From Shewanella sp. MR-4 (GTDB taxonomy: Bacteria > Pseudomonadota > Gammaproteobacteria > Enterobacterales > Shewanellaceae): a stretch of 24,000 nucleotides of DNA. The notes below the pieces were generated by a model. It was not told the origin of the DNA. It worked only from the letters and a program-made list of their open reading frames with translations, and did not search any database. Positions 9,854-16,764 of this stretch are shown piece by piece (positions within the stretch are counted from its first letter, which is position 1; every line of letters begins with the position of its first letter). The DNA is taken from NCBI RefSeq assembly GCF_000014685.1, contig NC_008321.1, forward strand, positions 2,659,481 through 2,683,480, given 5' to 3'. Made by a program: the position numbers and the translations under genes.

Positions 9854-10200
9854 AGAACATGACTTGTTAAAAATGCAGCAGAATACTTCGCTAGCCACCC
9901 CGAGTAAGATACGCCTTTATTCAACAGCATCATCACAGCTATTTAGTGCGACAACTTTGTCAGCTGTTTGATGTTCATCCGAGCGGGTATTACTCATGGA
10001 GAATCAGCCATATGGAGAATCAGCCACAAATCAAAGTAACAGAAGGAAAATGAACGACTTGCTGGACAGCTTAAGTTGAGTTAGCTTGAATCTGGTGGAG
10101 ATTATGGATATCGGAAACCTTGTGCTCGCGGCGGTGAACGCCATATAGTGACGCTAAATCGTTTAGAGCGACAATTTAATCCATCGGCCCCCAATATGGC

Positions 10201-10407
10201 TTGGATAGCCGATATTACCTGCATCAAAAAAATGAAGATTGGTTATATGTTGGTGCAGTTATGGACTTATTTTCTCGTCGTATTACTGGTTGGTTGATGG
10301 GCAGCAGAATAACCAAAGAGCTAGCCTTAGAAGTGCTTTTAATGGCTATATGGAGCCGTAAACCTACAGGTAAGGTGTTAGTCCACTCAGATCCGGAAAG
10401 CCAATAG
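10201..10407 (+). pseudogene. IS3-family OrfB (DDE transposase) fragment
   Basis: ..WLYVGAVMDLFSRRITGW...VLVHSDPESQ* corresponds to the first-D and second-D regions of IS3 OrfB (DITYI..WLYLAVVxDLFSRxIVGW...HSDRGSQY). It is truncated and frameshifted on both sides. Confidence 0.75.
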
Positions 10408-10640
10408 TTTCTTTCAGTTGCTAAAGCGTGAGCAGATCAAACCGAAGATCTATTCGACAAGAGAAGTGGCTAAAGTGATATTTTTAAGTTTTACAACCCA
10501 AAACTGCAGCATAGTCCCTATCATGGCTTATCACCGTTAGAGCATGAACGCCAGTATTTTACTGAGGGTCAAAATTGTATAATGAAATAGTGGCGATTCA
10601 AACAAAGCCCCATAATAAGTGTTTAATATTTGATTTTTGG

Positions 10641-11657
10641 CTATTCATAAGTCATAACAACTATTGTTTTTGCCTCAACTGTTCCTGCAGTCAAAACTGG
10701 GTCCACTTGTATATATCTAGCTGAAAATGGAATGGTGTAACTCGCAGCGGCCGAGTCATCAGCACCAACAACATAAAATGGTGTATTTAGTACAATTGCC
10801 CCCCCCCAGTTGTTCGATAGAATCTGTATATTAACCCCATCGGCAGATGTCGTTGAGGTCAATGTAGATAGAGAATCGCTAGAGTTACTCGAGTTATAAG
10901 CATCTGAAAAACTGATATAAGCTTTTGTTCCACTTTGACAAGTCACATTCAGGTTAAAGTTTTTTTCCCCAGCGCCAGTTCCAACACCATTAAAATCACC
11001 AACATTCACAGTTGGCAAATTAACAACCTTATTATCATCTTCCGTTGAAAAAGAACATGTACCTGGGTTGACATTCACTGTAAATAAATATGAAACGTCC
11101 CGACTTACATAGCCATTATTTGAGTATTGATTCTCAGATAAATATGCATACCCTAATCCTCCATAAACTTGATGAATTCCTTTATCGATAACTCCCCTTA
11201 CATGAAATCGAGTTTTGTAGTGTGCCGAGTACCAGCCGTTACCATCCGGATGATTACGTAAATTAACATGTCTACTTGATATAGTAGCCAAATTAATCCA
11301 AGGACCACCACTATCTTTTACCCATAGTTCATAAAAAACATTCGGATTATTAGTAGCAAACATCGCGGTAGAATCAATAGTTTCTATTTGCGAATTAGGG
11401 GAGTAAAACCAATGTGAACTTCCTGCTGAAGAGCAACCATAAAAGGTCCAGTACAACCCATTTCCTCCAGTTGTATACCAATCAGAAGTAAATACACTAG
11501 AGTCACTCATATCCCCTTGAGATACATCACCCATATTAATACTTGCATTTAGATATACATTAGGAGCCCCAACACTTGTACAATATGCCAATATTTTTTC
11601 GCTGAAAAATAAAAGTAAACAAAAAACACAAAAACGAAACTTTATTGCAAAAAACAT
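10641..11657 (-). CDS. Two-domain fimbrial tip adhesin (N-terminal receptor-binding domain plus C-terminal pilin domain), in-operon
   Basis: A 338-aa ORF with a signal peptide (..EKILA/YCTS) and Cys pairs in both halves. The C-terminal half (GTCSF..NLNVTCQSG...GVNIQIL...IPFSARYIQV...GTVEAKTIVVMTYE) has the fimbrial pilin-domain pattern. It is the last gene of the pilin-chaperone-usher-adhesin order, as in F17-type operons. Confidence 0.8.
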   Translation of the reverse strand: MFFAIKFRFCVFCLLLFFSEKILAYCTSVGAPNVYLNASINMGDVSQGDMSDSSVFTSDWYTTGGNGLYWTFYGCSSAGSSHWFYSPNSQIETIDSTAMFATNNPNVFYELWVKDSGGPWINLATISSRHVNLRNHPDGNGWYSAHYKTRFHVRGVIDKGIHQVYGGLGYAYLSENQYSNNGYVSRDVSYLFTVNVNPGTCSFSTEDDNKVVNLPTVNVGDFNGVGTGAGEKNFNLNVTCQSGTKAYISFSDAYNSSNSSDSLSTLTSTTSADGVNIQILSNNWGGAIVLNTPFYVVGADDSAAASYTIPFSARYIQVDPVLTAGTVEAKTIVVMTYE

Positions 11658-11753
11658 ATTGAAGACCCGTTACATTAACATTTCACACCATTTACTTCTG
11701 CTTATAAAATTGCAAAAAACAAAGCATATATACAGAAACGACTTCACAATAAA

Positions 11754-14213
11754 CTAAATACAATCAACATTTAAAATATTCAACGTGCCTTTAGATTTAT
11801 TTTTATTGACATCATACTTAATAGAACAATACTCCCCATTTTTTATATTAACTTTTAATATTCCATTACTACTTTTTGTTCTTGCAAAAACGATACTTCC
11901 TTGCGCTACATTGCCAATATTTAAACCATTCTCATCAATCACATCAGCACCAAATGGCAATGCATCACCTTTAAAACTACTATTAATTAAAATTGAAAAC
12001 CCAATCTCCGTTCCATATTGTAATTTAACAATTGCACTATCGTAAGGAACTGTTTTATTCACAGTATTGCTCAAGGAAGCATTCTTTGAAGTGCCATTTG
12101 GGTCAACATGAATATGGTTAACTTGATAAGGTCTCAAATTTGGTACAACAGCATGTCCTAGGTTGTTTATTTTAATTCCCTTGTAACCAGAAACAGTTGC
12201 TCCCTCCATACCTTTGGCTTCAACTAAAGCAAAAGTATTTCCTGAGTATGGTGAAAGTGTAACGCCACCAGAATGGCCAACTAATGTCCCAGACAAACCA
12301 AATCCATAACTCTTGTAATTATTTCCTTTGCTTGCATTCGCAGACAACTTAGCAATTGGACTAACATACGAAGCATTACCATTAAAGGAGTTCGAACTTT
12401 CATCGTTTGATACTGACACATCATAACTTAGTAATTTTTCTTCCCCGACCACATCAGACAAACCAACTTGCGCTTGTTGATATCCATCACTATCTCTATT
12501 TAAATTAAGCCTAACTCGTGAATCCCTTAATTCTCCTTCAAAACCAAGAGGAATTGAAAGTGAAAGAGCATAATTTGTTTGATATTGTCCATATTGATCT
12601 TCATTTCTACTCACCGATACCCCCCAGCTAAGCCTTTTATATTGATTATTATAACTGACTTGATATTGTCTAGAATAGTTAGTTTCATTCCAGAAGTTTT
12701 CGAAAACTCCAGAAAGATAAAGATTACCATAACCTTCAGGAAAACTTTGGCCGACAGTAACTAAGTACCTGTTTTTTGAATTATATAAATCGTTATATAA
12801 GTATCCTCTCCTTATATTGTCCAAATACAGCATAGCTGTCTGATAATCCATATACTCTTTGGTACTATATTTATATGCTCCTAAAGACAGATTAGTGCCA
12901 CTCGAAAAAATGTTTTTACTATACTTCAATTCATAACTCTGCCCTGAATAATTTTCGTCTAGAAAAGCATAAGATTGCGTCCCTCCAAATGAAAAAGTAC
13001 CTAAACTTGTGCCCAAAGCGAGACCACCTTGCAATGATAAAAAGTCTTCATTTGCTTGCCCCCCCCAATATCCCGTAACAAAGTTATTAATACCGAGCTC
13101 ATAAGTTCCCTCTATAAGCATGGGAGTAAATGAAAGTCTGTCATTCTTATACTGCCCTATAGAAAATGAATATCTTGAGGTATTAGGCCTTAACAATTGT
13201 GCCATTGACTCATATGGAACAGAAAATCTTTGCTCAGTGCCATCAGCTTCTAAAATAATGACATTTAGATTACCACCATATCCTGTTGGATAGAGATCAT
13301 TTATTAAAAACTCGCCAGGACTCACTAATGTCTCATATATAATACGTCCATTTTGCTCCACCTTAACGATTGCATTAGTTTTAGCCACACCAAAAATTTC
13401 TGGCGCATAACCTTTTTGCGAGTCTGCTAACATATTTTGGTCATCATAAATCTGCATACCTAGCAATGGTACTGTGTCAAATAATCTACCATTCGTATTT
13501 TTCTTCCCAAGAACAACATTACCTTTAATGCTGGCAACTGGCCTATAAAGATACGAGTCTAGTGCGTTGTATTGCTCACCTGTATACTCATTCCAGCTAT
13601 ACATACCTTTATGCTTAAAATACCAACCATTAATATTTATACCAGAATCAAAATATGCATTAAAATTTTTGACATCATTTGGACTGACACCGAATAAATC
13701 ATAGGATATATAGGCCGCAGAGATCCCTCTTTCCCACTCGGCAGGATCAACATATCCTCTAACGACCTTATCAAGATATATCTGAGGCACCTGTATATCT
13801 AACTTTGACATTCCCATTGTAAAGTTCACTGCTGAGCCAACAATCACCTCCTCCAATACTATACAGTCTTTAATAAGATTGTCACTTTCAATTAAAATAG
13901 ACTCTTTTATTCCTAATGAGTTTAAGATATTCATATCTATACATGGACGTGACTTACCACCATCCTCTTTAACCTCAAGAGAAACCTTTTTTAAAAAGGA
14001 ACCATTAACGAATAAATCGGCAGGATAGACACCACTAGGAACATAATTACTATATGCAAATTTTTGAATCAAAGAGGCATCATTTACATTGAAAAATGCG
14101 CTATCAAATTCAATCATTTCATTTTCTTTTGCGAATGTAAAACTACCAAACAGAATAAAAAAAATAGGAAAAACACTGCTTAAAACATTCAATTTATGAT
14201 ATATGAAGTTCAT
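11754..14213 (-). CDS. Fimbrial outer-membrane usher
   Basis: An 819-aa ORF with a signal peptide. It has the N-terminal FDSAFF..(L)..VPSGVYPADLFVNG motif typical of PapC/FimD-family ushers, a long beta-rich Gly/Tyr/Asn-rich body and a C-terminal Cys pair. The start is 2 nt after the chaperone stop. Confidence 0.92.
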   Translation of the reverse strand: MNFIYHKLNVLSSVFPIFFILFGSFTFAKENEMIEFDSAFFNVNDASLIQKFAYSNYVPSGVYPADLFVNGSFLKKVSLEVKEDGGKSRPCIDMNILNSLGIKESILIESDNLIKDCIVLEEVIVGSAVNFTMGMSKLDIQVPQIYLDKVVRGYVDPAEWERGISAAYISYDLFGVSPNDVKNFNAYFDSGININGWYFKHKGMYSWNEYTGEQYNALDSYLYRPVASIKGNVVLGKKNTNGRLFDTVPLLGMQIYDDQNMLADSQKGYAPEIFGVAKTNAIVKVEQNGRIIYETLVSPGEFLINDLYPTGYGGNLNVIILEADGTEQRFSVPYESMAQLLRPNTSRYSFSIGQYKNDRLSFTPMLIEGTYELGINNFVTGYWGGQANEDFLSLQGGLALGTSLGTFSFGGTQSYAFLDENYSGQSYELKYSKNIFSSGTNLSLGAYKYSTKEYMDYQTAMLYLDNIRRGYLYNDLYNSKNRYLVTVGQSFPEGYGNLYLSGVFENFWNETNYSRQYQVSYNNQYKRLSWGVSVSRNEDQYGQYQTNYALSLSIPLGFEGELRDSRVRLNLNRDSDGYQQAQVGLSDVVGEEKLLSYDVSVSNDESSNSFNGNASYVSPIAKLSANASKGNNYKSYGFGLSGTLVGHSGGVTLSPYSGNTFALVEAKGMEGATVSGYKGIKINNLGHAVVPNLRPYQVNHIHVDPNGTSKNASLSNTVNKTVPYDSAIVKLQYGTEIGFSILINSSFKGDALPFGADVIDENGLNIGNVAQGSIVFARTKSSNGILKVNIKNGEYCSIKYDVNKNKSKGTLNILNVDCI

Positions 14214-14215
14214 AT

Positions 14216-14917
14216 TTATAAACCTACAATTTTTTGTTTTTCTGTCGCGCCATAGTCATTTATGAATGATATATTATGAACCAAAGAACTATTATATTCA
14301 CTTGAAACAGTCAACACTTCAAATGGTGAAATCATTATGTTTTCTATTAATTTTTTTTCAATATCACCACTTTCAACTGCAGATATACTCAAAATAGTAA
14401 TAAAAAAAGGTGTAGGATTATTAATTTCCATTCCATTTTCTAACTTGCTCAACTTTATTTTTTCCACAGCGCTACTTGTTGACCCATCTAATGAGGTAGG
14501 TCTGAAAAATAGTTTTATCTTGGTTTTAAATGCAAGTTGGAGCTTATTAGCATTAGAATTATTCTTCGGGGGGACCGAAAGTACGTTTAACCAAAATATA
14601 GACTCTTTATTATCTGGAAGAGTTTCCCCTGTGTAAAAAATTCGCAAATGCTGTCCCTCGCCAGCATTAATCTTGTTTATAGGAGGTGATATGACAAATG
14701 GAACTTTAATATTGGAAGGATCTAAATTAAGCTCGCCATTATCAATCCAACTCTGAACTAGAAATGGTTCACTTCCTTTATTTGTCAACTTCAAACTAAC
14801 TTCTTCTTTATCTGATCTATATATTATCCTTGTATTATCCAGTACAACACTAGCTTCCACTGATGAAAAAATAAAAATTGATATAAATATTGCAAATTTA
14901 TATTTCAAACCATTCAT
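14216..14917 (-). CDS. Periplasmic fimbrial chaperone (PapD-like)
   Basis: A 233-aa ORF with a signal peptide and the TRIIYRSDKEEVSLKLTNKGSEPFLVQSWID motif (RxIY...L.N....P.LVQSW), the hallmark of PapD/FimC chaperones. A GGAGGG RBS lies upstream. Confidence 0.92.
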   Translation of the reverse strand: MNGLKYKFAIFISIFIFSSVEASVVLDNTRIIYRSDKEEVSLKLTNKGSEPFLVQSWIDNGELNLDPSNIKVPFVISPPINKINAGEGQHLRIFYTGETLPDNKESIFWLNVLSVPPKNNSNANKLQLAFKTKIKLFFRPTSLDGSTSSAVEKIKLSKLENGMEINNPTPFFITILSISAVESGDIEKKLIENIMISPFEVLTVSSEYNSSLVHNISFINDYGATEKQKIVGL

Positions 14918-14942
14918 TTATATCAGCCCTCCATATAAAGAG

Positions 14943-14972
14943 GCACGTGTATAAATACTCTCATACACGTGC
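14943..14972 (-). promoter_or_regulatory. Intercistronic stem-loop between the major pilin and chaperone genes (partial terminator or mRNA stabiliser)
   Basis: A perfect 10-bp stem GCACGTGTAT/ATACACGTGC with a 10-nt loop lies 12 nt after the pilin stop on the minus strand. It is followed by CTCTTTATAT and then the chaperone RBS. Confidence 0.6.
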
Positions 14973-14984
14973 ACCATTTCATTG

Positions 14985-15533
14985 TTACATATAATGAATA
15001 GAATAAGTGACACTAGAAGTAACTGTGCCAGCAGTTGCCGCTGCACCTTCAGCATAATATTCAACAGCATATGGTAGAATCGCTGTACCATCCCCGGCTA
15101 CAGTTGTTGCTGTATTACTTGTTTTCTGACCTTCATCGCCAGCCTTAATAACACTTGAATTCACCGCATCAAGCAATTGCAAAGAGACATTTCCTGCCGT
15201 ACCATTATTTTTCAAACGGCCAGTAGTAGCCACAACATTTGTGCCGCTCTCAAAGAAAGCAACAACCTGTGACTGATTTGCATCCAGAGTACATTCTGAC
15301 AAATTAATTGTGAATGTTGTTCTACCTGCTACCACAGTGTCTGCGGCTAAATCCGAAGTAGAAACAGTTGGAAGTGTAACAACTGCATCTGCACTGGTGC
15401 CATTAACTTTAACAGTACAAGTCGACGATGTAACTTCACCGTTAAATGTAATGGTTCCTGTCGATGCTTTAGCTGTTGGCACCACGATTACGGGTAAACA
15501 TGCAATTGCTAAAGAAATAATTTTTTTATTCAT
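14985..15533 (-). CDS. Major fimbrial subunit (type-1/F17-A-like pilin)
   Basis: A 182-aa ORF with a signal peptide (..TAKA/STGTITFNGEVTSSTCTV), a Cys pair (C..C about 40 aa apart) and a C-terminal ..TSSVTYSIHYM beta-strand with penultimate Tyr. An AAGGTGAG RBS lies upstream. The mature N-terminus GTITFNG resembles F17-A as I remember it. Confidence 0.9.
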   Translation of the reverse strand: MNKKIISLAIACLPVIVVPTAKASTGTITFNGEVTSSTCTVKVNGTSADAVVTLPTVSTSDLAADTVVAGRTTFTINLSECTLDANQSQVVAFFESGTNVVATTGRLKNNGTAGNVSLQLLDAVNSSVIKAGDEGQKTSNTATTVAGDGTAILPYAVEYYAEGAAATAGTVTSSVTYSIHYM

Positions 15534-15587
15534 TTTCTCACCTTTTTATAAATAAATAATTAATTAGCCACACCAATTAATTACGTT

Positions 15588-15616
15588 GATATAAACGCAA
15601 TTTTATTAGACAACAA
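15588..15616 (-). promoter_or_regulatory. Candidate sigma70 promoter for the fimbrial operon
   Basis: On the minus strand, TTGTTG (15616-15611) is separated by 17 nt from TATATC (15593-15588), about 55 nt upstream of the pilin ATG. This is an eye-picked match in AT-rich DNA, so confidence is low. Confidence 0.3.
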
Positions 15617-15711
15617 TTCAACCTTTTATAATTAGCATCAAAAAATAAAAATCACCATAGACGCTCTTGACATTGAAGATATATGCATGCTAACAAAACT
15701 AACTTTAATGT

Positions 15712-15745
15712 ATAAAAAAGGCCGCCTAACTTTATATAGGCGGCC
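15712..15745 (-). terminator. Strong rho-independent terminator oriented on the minus strand, inside the fimbrial upstream region
   Basis: GGCCGCCTA-(8 nt)-TAGGCGGCC at 15720-15745 forms a 9-bp GC-rich stem. On the minus strand it is followed by TTTTTTAT (plus-strand A6 at 15714-15719). On the plus strand only TTT follows. Confidence 0.7.
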
Positions 15746-15779
15746 TTTAGCTAGTAACACTTTAACTTCCTTGATAAAT

Positions 15780-15900
15780 CCCTTTCTCACCGAATCCCTT
15801 CTCACAGAATCCCTTCTCACAGAATCTCCCTTCTCACAGAATCCCTTCTCACAGAATCCCTTCTCACAGAATCCCTTCTCACAGAATCCCTTCCTCTCTC
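15780..15900. repeat. Tandem array of a 15-bp unit CCCTTCTCACAGAAT (about 7.5 copies)
   Basis: The units are 15780-15795 (16 bp variant ccctttctcaccgaat), 15796-15810, 15811-15825, 15826-15842 (17 bp, extra ct), 15843-15857, 15858-15872 and 15873-15887, then a partial unit cccttcct... Five units are identical. Confidence 0.95.
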
Positions 15901-16063
15901 TACAGACTACAAAACCTCTAATAATCCGTTTAATTTCGCATTGTTTAGAACGTTACAAAACAAAATGGCACAAAAAGACATCCTGTACACCCTGTACCTG
16001 CAAAGACATATTTTGCCATCTGCAAAAAGGCCAGACTTAGCACTCACAAAAAAAGCGCGCGTC

Positions 16064-16081
16064 AGATGCTAACTCTCGAAC
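16064..16081 (+). promoter_or_regulatory. Conserved upstream motif AGATGCTAACTCTCGAAC shared with the other EAL-like gene
   Basis: It lies 57 nt upstream of the 16138 ATG and is preceded by A7-GCGCGCG. A near-identical AGATGCTAACTACTCGCAAC, preceded by A8...GCGCGC, occurs 46 nt upstream of the 21412 ATG. Confidence 0.35.
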
Positions 16082-16137
16082 ATCGAGTGCCGCTAGAATG
16101 AATTCGTCTAGGGACTATAAAATAAAGGAAAAGCATT

Positions 16138-16659
16138 ATGATTAATTGTACTTGTGATCTTTTAAACATACTAATGCAAAGTTACAATATCAACTTTACT
16201 AATAAAATTAGTTATAGATTATGTTTGGTTAACAAAAAACATAGTGAATCACCTATAAAAGGAAATATTTATACTATTTTGATCAATGATTCAAATTTTG
16301 ACTCATCGGCAAAGAACCATATTGTCAATCAAAGATTATTATTAACAAACACTCCTAGAGAAATTTTTAATATAATCCGAAAAAACAAAATAAAACTTGA
16401 GAAGTTAGAATGCAGATTTCTATTCCTACCATTTGAGCGTAGTTATTTGTGCGATATGCATCTGCTAATAGAACTACTTGACTTACAGGTCTGTCTTTCG
16501 AAGTCAAACATAGGGCTAGTAATTGAAATAAATCACCGTTCCCATTATGGCTGTACAGATTGCCCAAATGCCAATTTAGGATTGAAATATATTGATAAAA
16601 AAATAGACATTATATACACAAAAAAATCAAATGAAGATTTTTTCACTAAATCACCTTGA
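16138..16659 (+). CDS. Truncated, degenerate EAL-like protein (paralogue of 21412-22134), possibly a pseudogene
   Basis: A 173-aa ORF with an AAGGAA RBS. It aligns by eye to the 240-aa EAL protein: YTILIND/YQNIIDR, FLFLPFERSYL/FLNVDKHLL, LVIEINHRSHYG/IVFEITERQYG, KKIDII/IKIDMH. The E.L..R, N, second E of ExxE and DD positions are substituted. The EGVE and QG segments are absent and about 20 aa are deleted internally. Confidence 0.5.
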   Translation: MINCTCDLLNILMQSYNINFTNKISYRLCLVNKKHSESPIKGNIYTILINDSNFDSSAKNHIVNQRLLLTNTPREIFNIIRKNKIKLEKLECRFLFLPFERSYLCDMHLLIELLDLQVCLSKSNIGLVIEINHRSHYGCTDCPNANLGLKYIDKKIDIIYTKKSNEDFFTKSP

Positions 16660-16764
16660 ATATGACTAATCAGCCAATGATCAAGACTTATATTTTTATG
16701 ATTGTATATAGGTAAATGTATAAATCATATAGTTCACTAATTAAAACCCATAGAGACTTAGAGG

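Larger units (their letters stand above)
9574..10600 (+). mobile_element. Decayed IS3-family insertion sequence, copy 1
   Basis: The terminal inverted repeats are TGAATCaaCACcgATTTC (9574-) and the reverse complement TGAATCgcCACtATTTC (ending at 10600). The interior reads as IS3 OrfA/OrfB (EFKIEAVKQV..., LQKELKRGTEEHDLLK, WIADITCI..WLYVGAVMDLFSRRITGW, HSDPESQ, ..FFQLLKREQIK..) broken by several frameshifts, stops and deletions. At about 1.03 kb it is shorter than intact IS3 members. Confidence 0.8.

Noticed and set aside
11785-15555. Plus-strand ORFs 11785-12045, 12579-12764, 14337-14636 and 15310-15555
   Set aside because: They are antisense shadow ORFs inside the usher, chaperone and pilin genes.
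15780-15900. CRISPR array interpretation of the 15-bp repeats
   Set aside because: The units are directly abutting with no spacers, the unit is far shorter than CRISPR repeats, and there are no cas genes in the window.
15638-16040. ORFs 15687-16040 (+) and 15638-15820 (-) encoding repetitive SLLTE/NPFSQ or RRDSV peptides
   Set aside because: They stay open only because the tandem unit is 15 bp, a multiple of 3. They run through a terminator hairpin, lack an RBS, and the 17-bp variant unit shifts the repeat peptide frame. I treat this region as non-coding.
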